A DNA stretch of 64,000 nucleotides from Yuukianura sp. NJ FZ-2021 (taxonomy: Eukaryota): positions 11,780,001-11,844,000 of the forward strand of contig CM102285.1 of NCBI GenBank assembly GCA_046563655.1, in the 5' to 3' direction. The first letter of the stretch is position 1. Every line of letters begins with the position of its first letter. The translations under genes were made by a program, and so were the position numbers. Below are positions 1 through 12,500 of this stretch, one piece after another. The notes beneath the pieces were generated by a model. It ran no database searches. It saw only the letters and a list, made by a program, of their open reading frames with translations, and was not told where the DNA came from.

Positions 1-1390
1 GTTTACGACTTCGCGTTCCTCTGCTGCCGTTCTTGCTGCCCGGATCATCCGAATGAGGTCACGAAGCCGCAAGGGAGCTGGCATCTTCACTGTTTTAATA
101 AAATTAACAATAACGTCAGTTATATCTCGTATATCTTTTTCGAAATCCATTTCGGATCGTCACCAAACAAAAACTCCTTCACGTTTGGTTTTGTGGTAAA
201 AATAACACGACTCAGCTTCAGTTTAACCCCGAAAATGATGTGTTTGTAATTTAGGCGAAAACTATACATTACCCATCTCCATCATTTTCGTGTTATCTCT
301 GCCAAATGACAAATGAGCAGCGATATCTTAACGATAAGGTCGAGCCGCGGTGCAAACAATGCTGAGGGATGAAAAACAATGGTTTTGGCAATTTCAAAGC
401 TCTTAGAGGAAGTAGCTAGATAACGGGACGGGAATCATTATCCAAATAAATCCCAGGCACAAATCAATTGGTGTGTTCTATTTCTTGTTTTACGGTTGAT
501 CAGTTATCGCTTGCTCCACGCTGAGCGAGCAACGAAGAAAATCGATCCGAAACAATCCGCACTTAATTCATTAACAGTAAGTCTATCGTTTTGCAAAAAA
601 TTGCCAAATTAAATACTAGGTTTAATAATTGATTTCCTCACAAATAAAATCCGGATTTGGCGATACGGGATAAAAAGGTTCATTCTCTTTACAAACAAAG
701 TCAGTTAGAAAATTATTCGCGCTCTTTTTCAACCAAAATTTCATGAATGAAGTGGCTTACACATACGCATTAGAATCGCGGCTTCTGATTGGCTGCTGGA
801 TTCCGAGGGAATGGAGTAGTACGCACTACGCACGTGCTTTTTACAACTTTTACTACGAGTACCGTTACATCCCGGAGAGTCCATTCTTAACTTAACGCAA
901 TTTTCATTCATAGAAAATGAAAAGCCTCCCATTCATCAAATCCCCAACCTTCCTTGAAATTTAGTAGAACTTTTCTGATTTTTCAATTTCCAGGTATATT
1001 TAACGTTAACACGCTTTCAATAACAATTAATTAATTAATTAATTAACCCAGCCTCGCGTTTTCAAGCTCCGAAGTTGAATATATGTGTTAACTTACTAGG
1101 AGCTCCTGTCGGATTCAAAAGCATTTCGATCAACTGGAAATTGTAGTTGAACTTGATTAATTAAACCAAAATTCCGCAATTTTTGTATCAACAACACAGT
1201 TAAATAAGTTATTTCAAATCGATTACTATGTGTTGTTTAACGTAGTCCCGGCAGTACAGGGCGCAAGGAATTGCAACTTTTGCTCAAACGGGAACAAAGG
1301 AACGTAGTGTACCGACTGAAGTCTGTTTTTTGATTTACCTCTTTCAACCGCATCGTTGATAACTTGCTTGATGGTGTTGGCCACTTCCAT
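1..1390 (-). CDS. AP1G1: AP-1 complex subunit gamma (gamma-adaptin), 5' part; continues beyond the window start
   Basis: Exon 1390-1339 (MEVANTIKQVINDAVER, donor G|GTAAAT) joins in phase to exon 89-1 (acceptor AAAACAG), giving ...VKMPAPLRLRDLIRMIRAARTAAEEREVVN, the recognisable gamma-adaptin N-terminus. Not in the ORF track. Confidence 0.93.
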
Positions 1391-2018
1391 TGTGGTAACT
1401 TTCTTAGATTTCTTGGTTATAGTAGACAGCCTGAATCCTTATGTTTAGCTACTTCGGTATAGTAATGTTGGGTGCTGCTGATTAGCTAGCAATAGAAACG
1501 AAACCGCAAAACGGACGTCACCGCAGTCTTTACAGCAGTGTCCAAGCTACCAAATCTGGAACAAGTGAAAGAAAAAATCAGTTATACATCAATGTCGAAT
1601 CGCTAAAATTTTACATTTAACTGAACCAATAGCTGTCTCTTCTTTACATACGGTGCTTAAGATTAACATTTTCCAAATTTTCTTTGACAAAATATATTCA
1701 AATTTACTACAGTCAAACAGTAAAACTTGTTTACTGCAAAGGAGTTAATGAAATTGGAGATTGAATGAATGACCTGATTCGATTCGATTAGATGGAGAAA
1801 GCACTCTTGACAAGTGTAACAGCTGACATGCACTGCTTGCCACTTTAGAATTCCGATAATTAACTTAACACAGTTTAAGCTGAAGAAAGTCAGTAAGAAA
1901 CGTATGGATGGATGGAAAGTTAAACAGTACAAACGGATTGTTGTGAAAAATTAGTAATCGATTGATACAGTTGGATTTATAGTCTCCGAATCACTTCTGA
2001 ACTAATTTGGAGTTTGAA

Positions 2019-2393
2019 CAAAGAATAGCCATAAGAGGTAGAAAGGCCAAAGGGTGGAGAAAGGTGTTTATGCATACTTTCTCTTCCCCTCAGCTCCCCC
2101 CCTTCTCCGATGATTACTCGGCCTCACGAGTTTCACCGAAGCCGTGAGATTTGGATGAGTGGGGTTTTCAGTGGGGTGACCGCTGGTATAGCTTAGGTGT
2201 AATGTGGAGTGATTTCTCTTCCCGCCATCACCGGATATATGGTGATATACGGCCTCAGACTCGTACGATTTGATTGGCGGTTGGATTCAGACTCATAGAG
2301 CCTGATTGGTTCCATATCTAAACCTATTCATAAAAACTCTATGATGTGGGGGTGCATTAGTTTGGCCTTTCTACCTCTTATGGCTATTCTTTG
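2019..2393. mobile_element. MITE, 375 bp, with perfect 33-bp TIRs and a 9-bp TSD
   Basis: TIR CAAAGAATAGCCATAAGAGGTAGAAAGGCCAAA at 2019-2051 with exact reverse complement at 2361-2393. Direct repeat GAGTTTGAA at 2010-2018 and 2394-2402. No coding capacity seen. Confidence 0.9.
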
Positions 2394-2816
2394 GAGTTTG
2401 AAGAATGAATCTTCTTCATAAGAGATGAGTGATTCAAAGAAGGAGCGGCTTCAGCTTTCCCCGTGACACGTGGAACACAATTCACCTGTTGTACAAGGAG
2501 AAAGCAATTCGAATTTCTTAATTGATATACTAAATTTTAGCTGCTCAATGAAATTAGTATTGTGAAAGAAATTTATCAAAAAATGTTAACTCGAAAGAAA
2601 AAATTGTCCAAGTCATCCATAATTTTTAATATTTTGCAATACGTAGATAAATCGTTGTTTATTTGGTAGTAAGTGTTAGTAAAAGTTGAGGACGATTAGA
2701 GAATTAGAATTTTAGAGAAAGAATTGTAATATCACAGTCTTATTATCGATTCTTGAAGATCACTGATGATGAGTGGGGACTTTTGATGGAGATCTGCCAA
2801 GGTTTGACAGCTTTGG

Positions 2817-3855
2817 TTAGGATCCGCCTGATTTTGGTGGACGAACGTCTGAATTTCTTTTGAGACAGTCTACTAACCAATTGATGCCTTCTAGGATCCC
2901 TTCACTAAAAAAGAAACAAAGAATATGATACACTGATCCACACAACGTATTTACGGACAGAAAACGAGTAGAACGTTACCCAGTGAGAGCTGAAACCGGC
3001 ATAACCATGCAATCTCGAGTTCCAATTAGATGAGCACTTTGATTAAAAATTGGTTTGACTTCTCGAACACCCATACAGTCTGGGAGATCTTGTTTATTTG
3101 CTAGCACCAACAATGGAACACTTGTGAGTTGCTTATTTCGAATCATCCGGTCTACAAAACACAATTACAAAGTAAAATTACATTGTTTCATTTCAAGAAC
3201 CTCAAATCAGAAATTATTTGACAGCAGCAAAAGCGTATTTTACCGAACGCTTCCTTTGACTCTTCGATTCGCATTCCTGTAACAAGCAATGATGAAAGAA
3301 ATTAATGTGATTCGACACTTCAAAGTTGGAAGCATAATCGAAAAATGAATTTTTGAATCCTAGCTTCCAATTTTTACTGCACTTACGATCGTGGGAATCG
3401 ATGACATAAATTACACCGTGACACTCCGAATAATACTTACAAAAGAAAGAGAAAATTGTTAATTAAATCAAATCAATTACTGAAGAATCAATTGATTTTG
3501 ATGGTTCACCTTATCCCATAAAGACTGAAGCTCTACTTGCCCACCTAGGTCCCAAAATTGAATTGATATGCCAGCAGTTTTTATCCCGCCGATGTTGAGG
3601 CCAACTGTGGACGTCACCCTCGCTGGGTCACCCCGAATATAATTCTTGACAATCGATGCTTTAGCTGCGTCCAGATACGTCTACGAAAATAACAAAAATT
3701 ATGATTACTAAAATTCCTTTGCCAAAAATTAATGGTAATTCTGAAATTTGAAAAGATCATACCGTTTTTCCAGCGTTATCCAGTCCCAGAATTACCACAC
3801 AATATTCATCTTTCTGTGTCATGTATCGGTAGAATCCAGACATTAACGTGTACAT
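2817..3855 (-). CDS. ARFRP1: ADP-ribosylation factor-related protein 1, 201 aa, 6 coding exons
   Basis: Exons 3855-3763, 3680-3510, 3435-3387, 3276-3244, 3151-2980, 2904-2817 (606 nt, all GT-AG, phases consistent). Protein MYTLMSGFYRYMTQKDEYCVVILGLDNAGKT...WDLGGQ...LANKQD...SALTGEGILEGINWLV...RPPKSGGS*. G1/G3/G4 motifs and the ARFRP1-type MY start without Gly2. Confidence 0.97.
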
Positions 3856-6446
3856 TTCAAAAATTAAAATTAGTAAACAATCACAACCAGAAAATGTCAA
3901 TGTTGACCCGTTTCAAGTCTCTCATACTCAAATCAGCCACCACAACTCCCACTTGGAGCGTCGAACGTATTGACAGTAAACCCGTACGACTTCACGTTGT
4001 TGACCTTTGACCTCACCGGTTGTGACACACTCTTACAATCTGTTGCACTGATTGATTTATCATTTATCTGATTTTATTTTGATTCTTGTCTGCTGTCCGG
4101 CTGTTGTACCTACTAAATTCAAATTTTCAATTGAATCAACAATTTGGACTTTTCTGCCGCCAATCCTCGTCTAAAAAACTAAATCTCTTCACTAGATGGC
4201 AGGAAATGCACATCTCATCACTTTCGGACAATACGAATTTCGCAAGGTCAAGTCAAATTACTCGAGGTCAAACGCTTATTCTGGTCATTTTGATCATATT
4301 TAGAACAAAATTGAACTTTTTCTGTGTCTTTTGCATATTTTTCACAACCTGCATTCACCTCCTGCAAAAATTACAGTAAATTGCGTTGTCAAAGTCAAGT
4401 GCCCTGCCGATGACCTTTCACTCTGTCCTGTTTACGTTTTGCACAACGTGTTACTTAGTTCATCGGCACAGCATTACCCTGTGGTGACGAACGTAATCTA
4501 TGCACATAACTTTTCATTTTGTTATGTTTTCTTTCCTTTTGTGGATACGGTTTCTTATCTTTAGATTTCCGAGACAAGACGCACAAATTAAAAATAAGTT
4601 TAGGAAACAATTTAGACAGAGACACGGATGTTTGGTTTTTCACAATTGCTCAATTGCTGTGCAGATTCAGAGCAGGAAGTTTTTGTTTGAATTTGAAGAA
4701 GAGAGCTACGGAAGATGCAGAAATAAGAGGATGATTACGTTTTCAGGGCACTATCATTTCCTCGTTTCTGTACTAATCTGTCGGAGCACTTTGACTTCGT
4801 CAGTTCCTCATTCGTTTCCTCAAAGGACTCATTAGACCAACGCACAAATTACTTTCTCCGCAAGTCAAAGAGAAAGCATTTTACAAAATTAGACTAACCT
4901 TATGGTACCATTGTCTTTGCTGTTAAAAATAGTTAAACAATTTTCAAAAATTAATAAAAACTTACATAGCGATTGTCAAACTGAGCCTACAACGTTTTTG
5001 CATTTGAGAAAAAATCAGTTTTAACTATTTGCCTTCTGCATCTGCTGATTTTGTTATAAACGGGGCCGTTATGTTTGGTAATAAAATTTTACATTTTAAA
5101 AATATTTATGACATGACAAGTTTAGAAAAAAGTGGATTCTGCTATTTCCGTAATTGGATAGGAGCAAACAAATTACTGCGACGGAAGGCATCTGTATTTT
5201 AATGGAGAAAGTTTTTAGTAAGGAAGGGGAAGGAGGAATTGAATTTATAGGTCATCTTACAAGTTTTCCATTTGAATTTGGACTTAAAAGCTGAAGTTGG
5301 TCCCTCCAGGTACTCGTAGGAACTTTGTCGCATCTGCTTTCCTGTAGAATGGAACCAAGTGAAAGGATTTTGTGCAGTGAAAGTGAAAGTAAAAGGGCAA
5401 CTGAACCGGATGATAATGATGTCTTCTTTATTGCTCTTTAGCCTAACCTTACCTATACTTTCTTCCTATTCTATTGTCAGGTCCTCTTATACTGTTGGAA
5501 CGCCTACTCCAAAACTTTTTTTTAGAATCCAGATCCAGTATTCAGCATCCAGCATCGAGCACATTACAAGAAGTATTTGTAGTACCTACGGCAAAGTTGT
5601 CCCAAGTGCTAGTTATTTTCCTCCAATAATTTTATACACTGTACAATTTAAAATAATGATTACATAAAATGTTACTTTCTCCAAAACTTTCACTTTTATA
5701 GTTACTCCCTCCGTCTCCAGCTTCCAGCCTCCAGCAGAAATGCAGGAGACTGAAATTGAAAATAAGGACACACAAGGAAGTTACGGAAATTGAAAAAATG
5801 ACGTCAGTTGTACTTAAAATGTATTCCAGAATTTTCGAAACATAAGCAGCAGTAATGCTAATCCTTTGTATCTAACAGAATAATAAATGTATCTCCTTAA
5901 AATGTTTCGCAATTTTGTTTCACTTGCCAAATTAAAGTGAAAATTGAAATGGGCATTATATGGTTAGGATCCGCAGTCTAACTTTCTCTTTACTTTAACA
6001 TATTCCAAACGTATTTACTTTTCTACCTATGTTGCCTAGTGTGTACAACTATGTTCCAACTTTGCAACTTCTTCTTCGTTCTTTTTGGTTCTTTTTGAAC
6101 AAAAATCAATAAATGGAATTGTGAATTTTCAATCCACTTTACACCTGAGGGGACATCAAGGGAATTGAAAAAGAGGGAAATGGGAATTCTGAAACCAAAA
6201 GGGAAAGTGGAACTTTCTCCCTCTTAAGTTAATGTTGGCATTTGTCAGGGTCAGGTCACTTCACTGTATTCGGAGGTACTACTATAAGTGAATTGGTTTA
6301 TTACATTACTATTATTATCGTTATTATTATATTATTTATTATTTATGTTAACATTATTTTATTACATATTTATTGTGTTGTAAAAAAGTTATTTAGTTTT
6401 GTCCATTTTGGGGCAACGTGAGACATTGCCAGACCGCTCAAAAAAA

Positions 6447-6515
6447 TTGGCGCGAAAGAAAATTATTCAATTTCAAACTTGTAGATAACGTATCACGTGA
6501 TGACGTTCACGTGAC
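6447..6515. promoter_or_regulatory. Candidate promoter cluster: E2F-like site plus two E-boxes
   Basis: TTGGCGCGAAA at 6447-6457, TCACGTGA at 6493-6500 and TCACGTGAC at 6507-6515, between the divergent ARFRP1 and Fife-like genes. Motif match only. Confidence 0.35.
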
Positions 6516-9500
6516 GTTTGTTTACAGTTTTTTTTTCACAGTGACTGACATGACCGTCCAGGTTCTTTGTTTTTAGTTTTTTTTTTCAAAATTTTGAAAA
6601 GTAATCCGCTGAAATTCATCAAAAATTGGAACTTACTTGTTCTAAAAGAGTTGAATTATCGTTGTTTATAACGTTGAAAGGGTCTGATTCATTGTATTTA
6701 GTTGATTCAAGGAGGTTTCAATATTATCCAATATGTATTGAACTGAGACTGGCGACTGGCGAGACCGTGAAGTGTTTAAAATTACAGTTGTCTCTTGTAA
6801 TATCATCTGTCAATCATCCCTAATCGTGATTCGTAACTTGGTGACTCATCAGTGTACTGTGTCAAGACTGTGGCTGTTGGCGAAAACGTTATTCGGAAAC
6901 TCCTGTGCGAGACCTACTTTCTTCGTTGGATTTTGAACTTTCAAAGTTCAAATTTTCATTGCTGCCTGTTGTGCTGTCTCTTTGGATTTGAAAGAAACTT
7001 CTAATGAGACTGAAAGGGAGGAAAATAGAAATGGAAAGGCCTTCCAGGAACTTCCCTTCGGTTTAGAATAAGCAGCAGCCAACAGACGACTATTTTGGAT
7101 CCGGGAAAGCAGCTTTATTCCTACAGCCCTACAACTAAAAGCAGCGCCAAGTTGTCTGGCACGGTGGTCTGGAGGAGAAAGTAAGCCTTACCTTCCTCCC
7201 TCCGAGAAAAGTCTGAGCTTTCTCTCTGTTCTACTCTGGCTTCATCCGACGGAACGTCAAGTTCCTCCTGCTCCTGCTTTCAGTTTCCAAACTCCAGAAA
7301 ATAATTACTTGTCAGACAGTTTTCTCTCCGCTAAAGGTTATTTTATTAGAATCTACTAAACATTAGAATCCAAGTACCTTTAGAGTACTCACGACCGCGA
7401 GTACTTTGCTTATGTGATATTAACCTTACACACCTCAACTTAAAACTAAGCTTCGTGCTTCATTTTCAGTACTCCTTCCAGGAAACTGAGCAATTGACTC
7501 CAGTTTATAATGAGTTTCGGCTCTATTGTATCTTTGATTTATAGTGCCCCTACGGACACTTCCAGTGTCATCAATACCTGTACTTTAACACCGAACGTTA
7601 ACTTTCACCGTCAAATCAACCATATCCCACCACCTACATATCCAAAACACATCAATCTTGGCTCAGATCCTCATCACATCATTTGTTCTTCTTTTCATCT
7701 ACTCAATCTTTGAGAGCTTCTTCAAACATTTTTTTTGGAATGAATTATTACAGTGCGTGGAACGACAATTTTGAAGTGACTTTCTCAAAAAATCGACGAA
7801 AAGCGGCTCTTGACGCAGATTTTCATCCAAAAGGTAAGCTAAAATCATTTTTTCGATATTGATCTGATAGTACGCGAAAAATGCTACGTTAGAGAGTGGC
7901 GAGGAAACGAAAATCACGTTTGCGGCTCCTTTTTAGGTGAGAGAAGAATTTTTGGAAAGGAAATTATGATTTCGGAGTCTCCTGTGGAATGGAACTTGTG
8001 TTATTATTTTGGAAATTGAAATTTTGGTTTTTGGAATTTGGCATTCTCTTGTCAAAAACAAATTAAAAGAGAGAGACTAGAGGAAGGCCTACGGGATATT
8101 TCCCTTTAATTATATTTCGCAACGGCCAAAGCCTAAATTCATTACGCTCCCAAATTCTCGTCTAGGAAATTCCATTTTCCCATTCAATTTCAAATTTTAA
8201 CTCTCTTGAAACTAAATTTTAAACCAAAATTTTGAAAAAAACGGTAAACTAACTCTTGTCTCTTGAACAATTTTTTTTTAAACTTTGGTTTTGGCTTATT
8301 AGGTTTAAAAAAATGGTTCAGAATGGATTTTTTTTTGTCAGCAGAAGATTGAACTTTGTTTTAGAATTTTTGGAAAAACTGTCAGTGACAGGACAGCAGG
8401 AGCAGCTGAGAGTGGAGTTCCTGGACATTTTAATGGAGAAAGTTTGCTTTGTCATGTCAGGTTTGTTGTTTCTTCGGCCTTGACTCTTCTCTGTTGGAGA
8501 GTCATGTTGAATGAATTGACGTTTTACACAATTTACGTTTTCAAAATCTGTAAAGTTAATTAAAAAGAGATTCAAAGCCCCCTAGTCAGAGATTCGCATC
8601 AGACTGAGTAAGTCCAAAGTTGTTTGTTGGGTTTCTTTCTAATCAGAGGCAAGAGTTGAGGATTTATTGTTGTTTTTTAGTAGGAGAAAAGTTCAAATAC
8701 GCCTTCCGTTCTGTTTTGAAGGATCTTTGAAAATGAAAAGGAAAACGTGCTTACCGTGTGCATTGTGTCTGAAAGCTTGAAGGGAGAATCAGGGAACTCC
8801 AAACAAAAAGTTACTTTAACTTTCACTTTTCTTGTGGCTTTGAAAACTCTTTCTAAATTACTTGCAGCGCAAGGAAAAAACGTAAGAGAAAGTTTTTCAC
8901 GAAATTTCAGTTTTTTTTTTTTTGGCAAAAACAGAAAGAAGTTTCGATTCGGAATAATTTCTACCGGATTAGTAACGATTTTCGTTTGTTTACTTAATTT
9001 TGTTGGATTTTCTAAAACTGGTCTGGAATTTCCAGAAATTTTTAAAGTAAAAAGTCGAAGGTGAAAGTTTCCAAGTTTCCTTCAGGTAGGAATTTTTAAA
9101 AGAAAAAAAAGATACGCGCACCATCATCATCTGTCTCGATTTTTCAATTCCCTGTTGTAGCACGTCTTCTTCTTCGTTTGCTGTCGGTTATAACGTCGTC
9201 GTTGTTGACAGGTCACAAGCAAAACTAACTATAGCGTGTTCCGTGTTATTGATTTCACGACTTTGAGTTTAACGTCAACTACAACATGACCTTAACTTAC
9301 AGCAAAAAATCACAAAGACACACGAGAGACACGCCAATTTGGGATCTCCAAAATCCAAAACGTAAACGACAGCTTTCTCTTCCCAGGGACGCATTACCGT
9401 ACACGTAGCAACATTAGTTACATAGTACACAACATCACATGACATCGTTTCATCACAGGTACTGTCCTCCTTTACTCACAGACTCAACTGTAACAAAGAG

Positions 9501-12500
9501 TGTCTAGAATTACATTTGTCTCCCGTAGAGAAAGTACCATCATCATCAGCAGTGGCTTTCACGTTAAGTCTCAGTTTTTAGCTCTATAAGCAGAAAGCGC
9601 GGGAGATTTAGGTTAGGTAAGAAACGCGTATTGATCTTCTCATCATTAATTCCGCCGTTCCTCATACTTCTTGTTTATGTTTCCGTAATGATGAGCAGGG
9701 ACGGAAGAGACTTTGACACGAACGCACACACCTTTCTCTTCATAAAGAGAAAAAAAGAGAGTCAATCAACTCAAATTCCAATGAGTAAAAGTACTTTCCA
9801 ACACGCAATGAAACTGTAACTGGAAAGTAACATAAAAACTTTCTCTTTGAAAACACGCTGTGGGAACACAATGGATTTTCTGGTACAAAGAAATTACGTT
9901 TGGTTACACTAGAGACCTTGGGCAAAGTAAATAATTAAAACAGTAATCAATTCCAAATTACACAAACTTTCTCTTGTTTGTCTTCTTTTCTCTACTGTTT
10001 TTGGTTAAAAATTTTTTTCCTCTTTTCTCTACTGTTTTGGTGGTTTAAAATTTTGTCCTGAATTTTTTGAAAATGTGAATTTGGCATTAACAAGTTACAA
10101 AAACCAAGGTTCCGACATATTTTTCGCTGAGCTTGAAATATTTCTTGTCGAATTTTCACCCTGCAAGGTTATAAATATCATGTTTCAATTTTTTGAAAAA
10201 TGGGCGTACATTGTTAGTTTTTGGTGAAAGGAGATTTGTTAGAATTGAGTTAAGTCGTGGGAAGGGATATTCTCTAACAGTATAAGCAGAATAATGAAAA
10301 ATTTCCTAGTTTGTTGTAAAGCCTCTTTTGGGTCATGCGAAAAGAGAAAGTGTTGGATTTCGTTTTCTGGCAGGAGAAAGCTTATAGTTTGGTGCTCCGT
10401 CGTTTCTTGAAGGGCTGAACCTGTTGCTTGAGCTTTCTTTCTTGCCAACTGGAAACACCCTCATAGCAATCTCTGTGCTTTGAAGGCATTAAACTCTGGT
10501 TGGTGGAAGCAAGGAACCCGTATTTGAGCAAAAAGTGAGTCGATAGAGCTCTGTTGTTAAAGTTTAGAAATGGTGAAGCATTGCTTGTAGCGTTATAGTC
10601 CTTGATAGACTCAGAGAGGGGGAAATATTTCAAGGATCCTGGGTGACCTAGCCTTGGGAAACACGAGAAAGAGAGGCTCTGTGTAAGCTGTAGCGTTACT
10701 TTTGTGTTTGTTCCTCCGTTCTTTTGTGGATGTCCAACAGTGTAGAAGGATAAAGAATCAACTTTCTCTTAAGAAGAAAGAAACAACTGCTACAAACAGA
10801 GCTCACTTCCGTGTATCATAAATCATACGAGGAGAAAGTAGGAGAAAACAAAACTGGAAGCTTTCTTCGCTTTTCGCGGCTTTTCCACAGTTTCACAATT
10901 TCCTGAGAGTTTGTATTCAATGATAATTTAAGATTTATTTTGGTTATGCAATGAAGCATAGGTAACCAGCCTCCAGATGAATAGGAGATTTGACTAGCCT
11001 AAACCATTAATGTTTTGTTCGTTTGTGAAAGTCTAATCTTTAATGTTATGAAGATGTATGTAATCTGTCGCATTTTGTGCTTAGAAAATTATACAAGTTT
11101 TTCAAGATGTAGGCGAATTGTTGTGGCCTCTTCGTCGTTTCTCCATGAATTTAAAGCCTCGAGCTACAAAGAAATACCTGCTGACGTTTTGGCATTACCC
11201 TTAATGCAGCACAATTCTGTAGCACAATTTTCTTTTCCCGCTTTCAAATACATAGTTCCCTTGACCTCAATTCAAAAGGCACCGTTACGTCGTCCAGGAA
11301 GTACTAAAAAGACATGAAAGAGAAAAGAGAATAAGGAACTACATTAACACCATTGCTACTTTCCTGCCTGCTTTAAAGCTTTCCGCAATGTCCAAAGAAA
11401 GTAAGTAAGGTAACACATTTGTCAATTCCAAAAGCATGCAAACGCATGGGCCCTTCGCCGCTCTTCCAAAAAAAAAAGAATCCTTCTCCCGATTGCGAAT
11501 GGCTTTAACAATTTTTATTTCGGAAAACGATTGGAAATGGATTAAAACGTTGTTGTAAAAAGGTGAAAAGGAAGAGAAAAATTTTTGTTCGAAAAATTTG
11601 GCACAAAAAGTTTCTTTCATGGATCCGAAAAATTATTGGCCCAGTTTGCAACTTTCAGAAAAAAAAAAGATTTTTTTTGCTTATTTCGCGCTTGGGGCAT
11701 TAACTTTTATATATTCTAGTTTTGCAACCCTTCCCATGAAAAAAATTTTACCGGCTTTGAACATATTCATGAAAATTTTGGAATTATTTTTTAATTTTAC
11801 CTAATCTTTTTTTGGAATAGTAGCTTAATTTTCTTCCGCACGTTGCTTGCCTTGCTTAGTCACATAAATTTGGAATTTGCTTTCCTAGTCTTTTTGCTCC
11901 TTGTTCGTGGTATTAATAACATAGTTACAAAAGTTGCGTGGGAAGAAGTGATTTTGAGCTTTCCCTCGTTCAATCAATTAGGCCCAGAGCCAGGGAGAAA
12001 GCATACTTTCATACTTATTCCGGGATTCTAAGCTCATCAAAAAGCAGTGGCGTGGTTACTAATCCTAAAAGCAGACAGTTGCTGGATCACAAAATCGCAA
12101 AACTTTGATACCCCACCCAACATTTACAAATACCATAAACCCAACAATAACTTTTTCATCATCCTACCAAAACTTCCATTGAAAAGTTAATTAATCCTTA
12201 CTTTTTCATTGTTAGTTTAATAAAATCTGAGTTTAGCGGTTTTTGGAAATCCTTGTTTGGGTATTTTAGAAACCGAGTTGTGTAACCTAGAGAAAGCGGA
12301 GGTTGTGAGTGGAATATTACGGTATTCTCACTTGTTTGATTACATTTCTTGAACTTTTGTTCTCCCAGCTAGAACTACTGAGCACTAAAATAACTTTAGT
12401 CTTCAGAAGAGTCAAGATTTAGTTGAATCCAGTAACTCGTGCTTAGTCCTTAGCTATTTCTACTGGACATCACTCTTGTTTTATAAACTTTCTCAAGGGT

